Positions 1 through 7,338 of a stretch of 32,000 nucleotides of DNA are shown one piece after another (the first letter of the stretch is position 1; each line of letters begins with the position of its first letter). The stretch spans positions 2,347 to 34,346 of the forward strand of contig CAJUOO010000010.1 of assembly GCA_910588535.1 (NCBI GenBank). Direction: 5' to 3'. This DNA comes from an uncultured Lachnospiraceae bacterium. Lineage in GTDB: Bacteria > Bacillota > Clostridia > Lachnospirales > Lachnospiraceae. A model generated the notes under the pieces. That model did no database searches. It saw only the letters and a program-made list of their open reading frames with translations, and was not told where the DNA came from. Both the position numbers and the translations under genes were made by a program.

Positions 1-986
1 GCGAAAAACATCCGGGCGACTTCTGGCTTACAGGCTCTCAGACTTTTCACATGATGAAGCGGGTCACAGAATCGCTTGCCGGGCGTGCCGGAGTCGCCAA
101 GATGTCAGGTCTGAGCAACAGTGAGATCAACGGAACACATTTGCCTCCTTTCCAGACAGATATTCCCGCGCTGCTAGATCGTTTAAAAAAAGTGGAGCCG
201 ATGACTATCTCCCAGATTTTTTCCCGCATTTTTAAAGGCTCTATGCCACGTCTTTATGAAAATGAAGCCGTCGATCGGGAACAGTATTACGAATCTTATC
301 TGGAAACCTATATTAGCCGCGATATTAAGGATCTGTCCCAAGTGGCAGATGAGATGAGCTTCCTTAATTTTCTGTCTGTGGTTGCAGCGCGGACTGCCAC
401 AAATGTCAATTATGAAGCACTTGCATCAGAGACCGGCATCAGCGCTCCCACAGCAAAGCAGTGGCTTTCTGTTCTTGTTTCCTCCGGCGTGATCTTTCTG
501 ATACAGCCATATTCTAACAATGCGCTTAAACGGGTGATCAAAGCACCCCGCATGTACTTTGCTGACACTGGTCTTTGTGCACATCTGACTAGATGGAGCA
601 GCCCTGATACACTGGAAAAGGGAGCTATGGATGGACAATTTTTTGAAACATGGGTAATCTCCGAGATCTACAAAAGCTATCTAAATTTTGGAAAGCAGCC
701 TCCTCTATTTTTCTACCGAGATAGTAACAGAAAAGAGATCGACCTGCTTATCTATCAGGATGGCATGGTGACACCCATTGAGATCAAAAAAGGCTCTGCA
801 CCCAAAAATGCCACAAAGAATTTCTCAGTATTAAAGCCAATTGAACAGGAACCAGATAAAGACGCTATCTTTTCTGGAACAGCCCACCTAAAAACCAAGA
901 TAGGAACAGGCGCTGTGATCTGCATGCCTACAGATATTATACCCATTGACAAAAAAAATTGGTATGTCCCAGCTTGGATTATATAG
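1..986 (+). CDS. AAA+ ATPase with DUF4143-type C-terminal domain; 5' end lies upstream of the window
   Basis: The reading frame is open from base 3 (EKHPGDFWLTGSQTFHMMKRVTESLAGR...), so the ATG at 51 is internal. The LTGSQ..SLAGR segment and the C-terminal EIDLL..PIEIKKG pattern are typical of ATPase/DUF4143 proteins. Stop at 984-986, followed by a terminator. Confidence 0.75.
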   Translation, partial: EKHPGDFWLTGSQTFHMMKRVTESLAGRAGVAKMSGLSNSEINGTHLPPFQTDIPALLDRLKKVEPMTISQIFSRIFKGSMPRLYENEAVDREQYYESYLETYISRDIKDLSQVADEMSFLNFLSVVAARTATNVNYEALASETGISAPTAKQWLSVLVSSGVIFLIQPYSNNALKRVIKAPRMYFADTGLCAHLTRWSSPDTLEKGAMDGQFFETWVISEIYKSYLNFGKQPPLFFYRDSNRKEIDLLIYQDGMVTPIEIKKGSAPKNATKNFSVLKPIEQEPDKDAIFSGTAHLKTKIGTGAVICMPTDIIPIDKKNWYVPAWII

Positions 987-993
987 AACCCTA

Positions 994-1037
994 ACCAACT
1001 ATTGCAAAACTATAAAATGCGATAGTTGGTTTTTTTA
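994..1037 (+). terminator. Rho-independent terminator after the ATPase gene
   Basis: A 9-bp perfect stem ACCAACTAT (994-1002) / ATAGTTGGT (1022-1030) is followed by T7 (1031-1037). Confidence 0.7.
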
Positions 1038-1098
1038 TATAATAGGCAAAACTATATGGATAATCATGTGTCACCCCCTTCTCCAAGCATAAGATTTC

Positions 1099-1132
1099 CA
1101 TTGATTATTCAATGATTTCATGATAGTATAAT
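1099..1132 (+). promoter_or_regulatory. Candidate hydrogenase operon promoter/operator region
   Basis: TATAAT at 1127-1132 lies 30 nt upstream of the hydC ATG. The palindrome CATTGA-TTAT-TCAATG (1099-1114) sits where a -35 element would be. No good TTGACA is present at 17-nt spacing. Confidence 0.35.
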
Positions 1133-1162
1133 TGTATGAAAACTATCAAAGGAGGAAACAAA

Positions 1163-1675
1163 ATGTCTGAAACACCCCTTCATCCATTTAAGGGAACCCC
1201 TGCGCAGAAACGTCAGCTTGAAGAAGTTATTGAGCGTCATCTTGATCAGCCCGGCGGACTGATGCCAGTTCTTCAAGAAGCACAGGAAATCTACGGTTAT
1301 CTGCCCATCGAAGTTCAAACAATGGTTGCTGATGGATTGTCCATCTCCCTCTCTGAGGTCTATGGTGTAGCTACCTTTTATTCCCAATTTTCCCTTACGC
1401 CAAAAGGCGAGAACCGCATTAGTGTCTGCCTTGGCACCGCCTGTTATGTCAAGGGTGCAGACAAGATTTTGGCTGCCATCGAGAAAAAGCTTGGCATCAA
1501 ATCTGGCGAATGTACGCCAGATGGTCTGTTTTCTCTTGACTCTACCCGCTGTATCGGCGCATGTGGTCTCGCTCCTGTCATAATGATCAACGATGATGTG
1601 TACGGAAAAGTAACGCCAGATCAGATAGATAAAATTATTGACAGCTACGCCTCTAAGAAAGGAGGAAAATCCTGA
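1163..1675 (+). CDS. hydC: [FeFe]-hydrogenase NuoE-like [2Fe-2S] subunit (HydC/HndA type)
   Basis: GGAGG at 1151-1155 lies 7 nt before ATG 1163. The ORF-track ATG at 1136 has no RBS and directly abuts the TATAAT at 1127-1132, too close to be downstream of a transcript start. NuoE-type cysteines are present (SVCLGTACYVKG ... STRCIGACGLAP). The gene is directly followed by hydB. Confidence 0.9.
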   Translation: MSETPLHPFKGTPAQKRQLEEVIERHLDQPGGLMPVLQEAQEIYGYLPIEVQTMVADGLSISLSEVYGVATFYSQFSLTPKGENRISVCLGTACYVKGADKILAAIEKKLGIKSGECTPDGLFSLDSTRCIGACGLAPVIMINDDVYGKVTPDQIDKIIDSYASKKGGKS

Positions 1676-1677
1676 TT

Positions 1678-3573
1678 ATGATGACAGTTGAAGAATTAAA
1701 TCGGATCAAAGCTGCGAAAGAAGAACTTGTTATGGTCCGCACCGTTATCCGGGAGCAGGGAGAGCTGCTTGCCCAGAAAACAGGCTACCGCAAACAGGTT
1801 TTAGTATGTGGGGGCACCGGCTGTACCTCCTCAGGAAGTCACAAGGTTATTCAAGCACTAGAAAAAGCTCTGAAAGCAAATGAACTTGAGAAAGAAATCC
1901 TTGTTGTCAAGACAGGCTGCTTTGGTCTATGTGCCTTGGGTCCGATTATGATTGTATATCCTGAAGGTGCTTTTTACAGTCAAACAACACCGGAGGGTGT
2001 GGCCCGCATTGTGGAAGAACATCTTAAAAATGGAAATGTTGTCACTGACCTTTTATATCAAGAAACCGTACATGAGGACGGAAGTATTATCTCACTCAGC
2101 GAGACTAAGTTTTATAAAAAACAGCTTCGTGTCGCTCTGCGTAACTGTGGTGTGATTGATCCAGAAAATGTAGAAGAATACATAGCGAGGGATGGATATC
2201 AAGCGCTTGCAAAGGTTGTTACATCCATGGAACCCGACGATGTGATCGGCGAGTTAAATGCTTCGGGACTTAGGGGCAGAGGCGGCGGCGGATTCCCAAC
2301 AGGAAAGAAATGGGCATTCGCCAAAGCCTCCGAGAGTGAAATAAAATATGTCTGCTGCAACGCTGACGAGGGCGATCCGGGTGCATTTATGGACCGCTCT
2401 ATCTTGGAGGGTGATCCACACAGTGTTATCGAAGCCATGGCTATCGCTGGTTATACCATCGGTGCCTCTCAGGGTTATGTCTACATTCGTGCAGAATATC
2501 CCATCGCCGTAAAACGCCTTCAAATTGCAATCGATCAGGCAAGGGACTACGGACTACTTGGAGAAGATATTTTTGGCTCCGGTTTTTGCTTTGATATAGA
2601 GATTCGTCTGGGTGCGGGAGCCTTCGTCTGCGGCGAGGAAACTGCTCTTATGACCTCCATCGAGGGACACCGCGGAGAGCCAAGACCCCGTCCGCCATTC
2701 CCCGCTGTCAAAGGCTTATTTGGCAAGCCCACCGTCCTCAACAACGTGGAGACCTACGCCAATATCGCACAGATTATCCTGAAAGGAGCAGGCTGGTTCT
2801 CCTCCATGGGCACTGCCACCTCCAAGGGTACCAAGGTATTTGCGCTGGGCGGCAAGATCACAAATGTCGGACTGGTGGAGATCCCAATGGGAACAACACT
2901 TCGCGAAATTGTAGAAGAGATCGGCGGCGGTATTCCTAATGGCAAGAAATTCAAAGCTGCCCAGACAGGTGGCCCTTCCGGCGGCTGTATCCCTGCCTGC
3001 CATATTGACACACCGATCGATTATGATAACCTGATTGCACTTGGTTCTATGATGGGATCTGGTGGTATGATTATCCTCGATGAAGATACCTGTATGGTAG
3101 ATATATCCAAGTTCTATCTGGAATTTACAGTAGACGAGTCCTGCGGAAAATGTACCCCATGCCGCATAGGTACTCGCCGATTGCTGCAGTTCCTTGAAAA
3201 GATTACCTCCGGCAAGGGAGAGATGGAGGATATTGAAAAGATTGAGGAGCTCGCCCTACACATGAAATCCTCCTCCTTATGCGCGCTTGGTCAATCCGCA
3301 CCAAACCCTGTATTATCAACGATGAAATATTTCCGCGATGAATATATCGCCCATATCAAGGATAAAACATGCCCTTCTGGTGTCTGCAAATCCTTGCTGT
3401 CTTATGAAATCAACCCAGAACTCTGCAAGGGTTGTACCAAATGTGCAAGAAACTGTCCAGTCGGCGCTATCAGCGGAACCGTTAAGCAGGTACATACCAT
3501 CGACAAGGAAAAATGTATTAAGTGCGGACTTTGCGTAAAGAACTGTAAATTTGGAGCTATTTTCAAAAAATAA
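1678..3573 (+). CDS. hydB: [FeFe]-hydrogenase NuoF-like NAD(P)H/FMN-binding subunit (HydB/HndC type)
   Basis: N-terminal thioredoxin-like 2Fe-2S domain (VCGGTGCTSSG..GCFGLCALGP). NuoF FMN/NADH site GRGGGGFPTGKKW. Cluster motif ESCGKCTPCR. Two C-terminal ferredoxin motifs (CKGCTKCARNCP, CIKCGLCVKNC). The start is 3 nt after the hydC stop. Confidence 0.92.
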   Translation: MMTVEELNRIKAAKEELVMVRTVIREQGELLAQKTGYRKQVLVCGGTGCTSSGSHKVIQALEKALKANELEKEILVVKTGCFGLCALGPIMIVYPEGAFYSQTTPEGVARIVEEHLKNGNVVTDLLYQETVHEDGSIISLSETKFYKKQLRVALRNCGVIDPENVEEYIARDGYQALAKVVTSMEPDDVIGELNASGLRGRGGGGFPTGKKWAFAKASESEIKYVCCNADEGDPGAFMDRSILEGDPHSVIEAMAIAGYTIGASQGYVYIRAEYPIAVKRLQIAIDQARDYGLLGEDIFGSGFCFDIEIRLGAGAFVCGEETALMTSIEGHRGEPRPRPPFPAVKGLFGKPTVLNNVETYANIAQIILKGAGWFSSMGTATSKGTKVFALGGKITNVGLVEIPMGTTLREIVEEIGGGIPNGKKFKAAQTGGPSGGCIPACHIDTPIDYDNLIALGSMMGSGGMIILDEDTCMVDISKFYLEFTVDESCGKCTPCRIGTRRLLQFLEKITSGKGEMEDIEKIEELALHMKSSSLCALGQSAPNPVLSTMKYFRDEYIAHIKDKTCPSGVCKSLLSYEINPELCKGCTKCARNCPVGAISGTVKQVHTIDKEKCIKCGLCVKNCKFGAIFKK

Positions 3574-3584
3574 AGGAGGAAACC

Positions 3585-5321
3585 ATGGATACAGTACATT
3601 TGAAAATCAACGGGATTCCAGTTGAAGTTCCCGCTGGTTCTACTATATTGCAGGCGGCAAAAGCTGTCCAGATAGAGATCCCCTCCCTCTGTTATCTAAA
3701 GGATATCAATTGTATCGGCGCATGCCGCGTCTGCGTCGTTGAGATCAAGGGAAGATCCGGACTTGTAGCATCCTGTGTCTACCCGGCAGAAGAAGGGATG
3801 GAGGTACTGACAAACACGCCAAAAGTACGTGCCTCCAGAAAAACTACCATTGAGCTTATTTTATCTAGCCATCACAAAAAGTGTCTGTCCTGCGTCCGCG
3901 GAAATAACTGTGAACTTCAAAAGCTCGCCTTCGACTATGGTGTAGATGAGGATCGATTTAAAGGTGAGGACGTAGTTTATCCCATCGATGAACTCTCACC
4001 CTATATTGTGAGGGATAATAACAAATGTATTCAATGTATGCGCTGTGTGGCTGCATGCAAGAATGTGCAGGCAGTTTCCGTTATCGGGCCAATCAAGCGC
4101 GGCTACAATGTTCATGTTGGATGTGCTTTTGAAAAAAGTCTTGCTGATTCTCCATGTGTCGGCTGTGGTCAGTGTATTGTGGCATGTCCGGTCGGTGCCC
4201 TCAATGAGAAAAGTCAGATCGATGCTGTCTGGGATGCTATCTCAACCCCAGACAAAAAGGTGGTTTTCTTCACCGCTCCAAGTATACGAGCGACACTTGG
4301 AGAAAGCTTTAATATGCCAATTGGCACAAATGTAGAGGGGAAGATGGTAGCAGCAATCCGCCGTCTTGGCGTCGATGCTGTCTTCAATATGGATGTCACC
4401 GCCGATCTGACCATTATGGAGGAAGCCAACGAATTAGTTGAGCGAATTAAGAAAAAGGGAACGCTTCCTATGTTCACCTCCTGCTGTCCGGGCTGGATTA
4501 AATTTGTGGAGCACTACTATCCTGAGATGATACCTAATCTTTCAACCTGTAAATCTCCACAGCAGATGTTTGGCGCCGTGTTAAAGAGCTATTATTGCCA
4601 AAAGACGGGGATTAATCCAAAGGATCTCTTTGTTGTCAGCGTAATCCCCTGTACCGCGAAAAAGTTCGAGGTTGGAAGAGAAGAACAGCAGACCTTTGAC
4701 TTCCAAGATGTCGATGTAGCACTTACCACAAGAGAACTTGCCAAGATGATTAAGGGTGCAGGAATTAAATTTACTGAGATCAAAAATGAGAGCTTTGACT
4801 CTCCATTTGGCACTGCCAGTGGCGGCGGAGCAATCTTTGGCGCAACTGGCGGCGTGATGGAGGCAGCACTGCGCACAGCGGCATCCATGCTTGATGGAAA
4901 CTTTAAAAAGATCGATTTCCCAGAAGTCCGGGGAACAGATCCCATTAAAGAAGCTGTCTATGAGGTAGCTGGCATCGAGGTTCGCGTCGCTGTCACCTCT
5001 GGTCTTGGCAATGCCAGAAAGCTCCTTGAGGACATTAAGTCAGGTAAAAAGAACTATCATATGGTGGAGGTCATGGCTTGTCCGGGTGGGTGCATCAACG
5101 GCGGTGGACAGCCAGTTCAGAGTGATTCTATCCGCAATTACACAGATCTTAAAGGCTTGCGATCCAAGGCACTATATGACTATGACAGACGATCCGAACT
5201 GAGAGTATCTCACAAAAGCCCTGTGGTTAAACAGATCTATGATGAATTTTTCGATGGACCCGGAAAACCACGCGCACATAAACTATTACATACCGAATAT
5301 GTAAAACGTGAAAAATACTAA
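3585..5321 (+). CDS. hydA: [FeFe]-hydrogenase catalytic subunit, multi-cluster bifurcating (group A3-like) type
   Basis: H-cluster signatures TSCCPGW, PCTAKKFE and EVMACPGGCINGGGQP. N-terminal 2Fe-2S ferredoxin domain, His-ligated cluster (HHKKCLSCVRGNNC) and two 4Fe-4S motifs (CIQCMRCVAAC, CVGCGQCIVACP). RBS AAAGGAGG before the ATG. Confidence 0.95.
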   Translation: MDTVHLKINGIPVEVPAGSTILQAAKAVQIEIPSLCYLKDINCIGACRVCVVEIKGRSGLVASCVYPAEEGMEVLTNTPKVRASRKTTIELILSSHHKKCLSCVRGNNCELQKLAFDYGVDEDRFKGEDVVYPIDELSPYIVRDNNKCIQCMRCVAACKNVQAVSVIGPIKRGYNVHVGCAFEKSLADSPCVGCGQCIVACPVGALNEKSQIDAVWDAISTPDKKVVFFTAPSIRATLGESFNMPIGTNVEGKMVAAIRRLGVDAVFNMDVTADLTIMEEANELVERIKKKGTLPMFTSCCPGWIKFVEHYYPEMIPNLSTCKSPQQMFGAVLKSYYCQKTGINPKDLFVVSVIPCTAKKFEVGREEQQTFDFQDVDVALTTRELAKMIKGAGIKFTEIKNESFDSPFGTASGGGAIFGATGGVMEAALRTAASMLDGNFKKIDFPEVRGTDPIKEAVYEVAGIEVRVAVTSGLGNARKLLEDIKSGKKNYHMVEVMACPGGCINGGGQPVQSDSIRNYTDLKGLRSKALYDYDRRSELRVSHKSPVVKQIYDEFFDGPGKPRAHKLLHTEYVKREKY

Positions 5322-5384
5322 CTTTTTTAAATGATATATCCAATTATAGCTTTTTTAATCACACTATGTTATTAAGAAAGGAAA

Positions 5385-5547
5385 CGTTTTCTGGAAAGCT
5401 CCACACAGAGAGATGCCCACCATCCATTGTTACCTCATTCTAACTTAGAGAACATATAATGGCGGCAAAGTACAATAGTGCCTTGTCGAGCACCGATACC
5501 TTTCAATAGGTTTCTGAGGACAACAGGCATCTCTCTGTTTTTCTTTT
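5385..5547 (+). repeat. Hairpin-repeat family, copy C; probably also the hydCBA terminator
   Basis: A 13-bp perfect outer stem ACAGAGAGATGCC (5405-5417) / GGCATCTCTCTGT (5526-5538) is followed by a T-run to 5547. It shares with copies A and B the 5' motif CGTTTTCTGGAAAGCTCC, CTTAGAGAA, TTTCAATAGGTT and TGAGGA. Confidence 0.6.
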
Positions 5548-5661
5548 ATATCATTTCTTTCTTCCCTTTTTATAATACAATATACACTTTGTCAAATTTG
5601 AAATAACTTGTCAATAATTAAAATATATTATAAGAATAATACTGGAAATTATTGGTATTTA

Positions 5662-5690
5662 TTGACAATATACTTTTTCTATTTTATAAT
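5662..5690 (+). promoter_or_regulatory. Sigma-A type promoter of the Fur-family gene
   Basis: Consensus TTGACA (5662-5667), 17-nt spacer, TATAAT (5685-5690). It lies 65 nt upstream of ATG 5755. Confidence 0.6.
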
Positions 5691-5691
5691 A

Positions 5692-5711
5692 ATAGTAATA
5701 ATAATTACTAT
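5692..5711. promoter_or_regulatory. Candidate Fur/PerR-type operator
   Basis: Inverted repeat ATAGTAAT-AATA-ATTACTAT lies immediately downstream of the -10. It uses the same AGTAAT/ATTACT half-sites as the site at 6215-6227. Confidence 0.45.
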
Positions 5712-5754
5712 TATTTATTTTAAGGTTTTTAGTTTTTTTAGAAAGGATTTATAT

Positions 5755-6141
5755 ATGAAAACGCTTAAATATAGCCGACAGCGAGAGGCTATCAAAGATT
5801 TCCTTATATCTCGGACAGATCATCCCACTGCTGATATTGTATATACAAACATTCGAAAGGATTTTCCCAATATCAGTCTTGGCACCGTGTACCGCAACTT
5901 ATCTTTATTGGCTGAAAGAGGTGAGATTCTTAAACTTTCCTGTGGAGACAACGCTGATCACTTTGACGCTTGCACCTCTCCTCATCACCATTTTTATTGC
6001 AGAAAATGTCATGGTGTATCTGATATTAGCCTTCCTGACATAGATACGATTGATTTGCAGGCTTCTGGAAACTTTCGGGGACAGATAGAAGGGCACTCCC
6101 TCTATTTCTATGGAATTTGTCAAAACTGTACCAATGTATAA
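5755..6141 (+). CDS. perR: Fur-family metalloregulator, PerR-like
   Basis: Fur-family pattern (HPTADIVY, ISLGTVYRNL, HHHFYCRKCHGV, CQNC). The PerR call rests on the adjacent rubrerythrin gene. ATG 5755 is chosen because the ORF-track TTG start at 5608 reads through the AT-rich promoter (IIIVIIITIIYF...). Confidence 0.75.
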   Translation: MKTLKYSRQREAIKDFLISRTDHPTADIVYTNIRKDFPNISLGTVYRNLSLLAERGEILKLSCGDNADHFDACTSPHHHFYCRKCHGVSDISLPDIDTIDLQASGNFRGQIEGHSLYFYGICQNCTNV

Positions 6142-6180
6142 TATATTGTTTCATGCCTTTTAAAAATTTTTTTAAATTGC

Positions 6181-6209
6181 TTGACATGTATATTTTTTTA
6201 TGTTATATT
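6181..6209 (+). promoter_or_regulatory. Promoter of the rubrerythrin gene
   Basis: TTGACA (6181-6186), 17-nt spacer, TATATT (6204-6209). Confidence 0.55.
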
Positions 6210-6214
6210 AAAAC

Positions 6215-6227
6215 AGTAATGATTACT
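6215..6227. promoter_or_regulatory. Candidate PerR box
   Basis: Perfect palindrome AGTAAT-G-ATTACT lies just downstream of the -10. Its odd-spaced architecture resembles the Bacillus PerR/Fur box TTATAATnATTATAA. Confidence 0.45.
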
Positions 6228-6268
6228 ATTATTGATTATAAAAAACTTACTATAAAGGAGAATAAAAT

Positions 6269-6811
6269 ATGAAGAAGTTTGTATGTTCTGTATGTGGCTA
6301 TGTTCATGAGGGAGATGCTGCTCCTGAGTTTTGCCCTATCTGTAAAGCACCTGCTTCTAAGTTTACAGAGCAGTCCGATGGTATGTCATGGGCAGCTGAG
6401 CATGTAGTTGGTGTTGCACAGGGTGTGAGTGAGGACATTCTCAAGGATCTGAGAGCAAACTTTGAAGGTGAGTGTTCAGAAGTAGGTATGTATCTCGCTA
6501 TGGCTAGAGTAGCTCACAGAGAAGGATATCCTGAGATTGGTCTTTACTGGGAAAAGGCTGCTTGGGAAGAGGCTGAACATGCTGCAAAATTTGCTGAATT
6601 ATTAGGCGAAGTTGTAACTGATTCTACCAAGAAGAATCTTGAAATGAGGGTTGCAGCAGAGAATGGTGCTACCGCTGGAAAATTTGATCTCGCTAAGAGA
6701 GCTAAGGCTGCTAATCTTGATGCAATTCACGATACCGTTCACGAGATGGCAAGAGATGAGGCAAGACACGGTAAGGCTTTCGAGGGTCTGTTAAAGAGAT
6801 ACTTCGGTTAA
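6269..6811 (+). CDS. rbr: Reverse rubrerythrin (N-terminal rubredoxin-like domain plus diiron ferritin-like domain)
   Basis: N-terminal [18 protein letters not shown]. Diiron ExxH motifs ([18 protein letters not shown]). RBS AAAGGAG before the ATG. Confidence 0.9.
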   Translation: MKKFVCSVCGYVHEGDAAPEFCPICKAPASKFTEQSDGMSWAAEHVVGVAQGVSEDILKDLRANFEGECSEVGMYLAMARVAHREGYPEIGLYWEKAAWEEAEHAAKFAELLGEVVTDSTKKNLEMRVAAENGATAGKFDLAKRAKAANLDAIHDTVHEMARDEARHGKAFEGLLKRYFG

Positions 6812-6849
6812 TTAGAAATACTGTAAATTCAACATTTTTGAGGATTTAG

Positions 6850-6886
6850 GGGTATGTTAGAGCAATCTGACATACCCTTATTTTTG
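6850..6886 (+). terminator. Rho-independent terminator after rbr
   Basis: Stem GGGTATGT (6850-6857) / ACATACCC (6870-6877) is followed by TTATTTTT. Confidence 0.7.
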
Positions 6887-7074
6887 TGCAAGCGGTTGTG
6901 TCTGGATGTAGGTTTATATGTTTGCTTCTCATTTTCTTCCTCCAAATTCCGATTGTAATTTGACAATTTTTAAGGAAAATGTTATCTGTTATATTTTGTT
7001 CAATCACATAAAACATTACAACACAAATGATACGGGAATTGGTAAACTGAATGAAATGCTTTCAAATATTCATA

Positions 7075-7103
7075 TTGACAATTGAAATATATACTGTTAA
7101 AAT
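7075..7103 (+). promoter_or_regulatory. Candidate promoter for the aaRS-like gene
   Basis: TTGACA (7075-7080), 17-nt spacer, TAAAAT (7098-7103). This implies a ~230-nt leader. Confidence 0.45.
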
Positions 7104-7251
7104 TACACCAAAAAAGGAATGATAAGCTCATGATTAAACTTTCTATAACCATAAACAAAACAAACCAGCAACAACAGCTTTTTGTCAAAATTGGCAACGG
7201 GCTTTTTGGGTTGTGTTCATAACAAGTGTCTTATCTTCGTTAATCTGAACC

Positions 7252-7295
7252 AAACGGTTGAAGGCTCGATACGAGTTTTTGACCGTTTTTATTTT
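7252..7295 (+). terminator. Terminator-like hairpin inside the leader (possible attenuator)
   Basis: AAACGGT (7252-7258) pairs with ACCGTTT (7282-7288), enclosing CTCG-ATA-CGAG, and is followed by TTATTTT. The stem is weak and interrupted. Confidence 0.3.
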
Positions 7296-7338
7296 ATAAT
7301 ATTTCCATCTATTTAGGGATTCGGAAAGGAGGTATACT

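Noticed and set aside
1136-1162. The ORF-track start of hydC at ATG 1136.
   Set aside because: It has no Shine-Dalgarno and directly abuts the TATAAT at 1127-1132, too close to lie downstream of a transcript start. ATG 1163 has GGAGG at ideal spacing.
5608-5754. A 49-codon N-terminal extension of the Fur-family ORF (TTG start).
   Set aside because: It translates the AT-rich promoter/operator region into low-complexity I/F/Y sequence. ATG 5755 gives a normal ~128-aa Fur-family protein.
7130-7222. A 30-codon uORF (MIKLSITINKTNQQQQLFVKIGNGLFGLCS) as a real small gene or RiPP precursor.
   Set aside because: It has only a weak AGGA 11 nt upstream and no supporting context such as a modifying enzyme or transporter. 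I kept it only as a speculative leader-peptide idea in the 7075-7338 finding.
6900-7338. An expected T-box or S-box riboswitch upstream of the MetRS-like gene.
   Set aside because: I found no GGTGGTACCGCG-like T-box sequence, AGAGA/GNUGGNA elements or SAM-I core on either strand. A cmscan is still needed for certainty.
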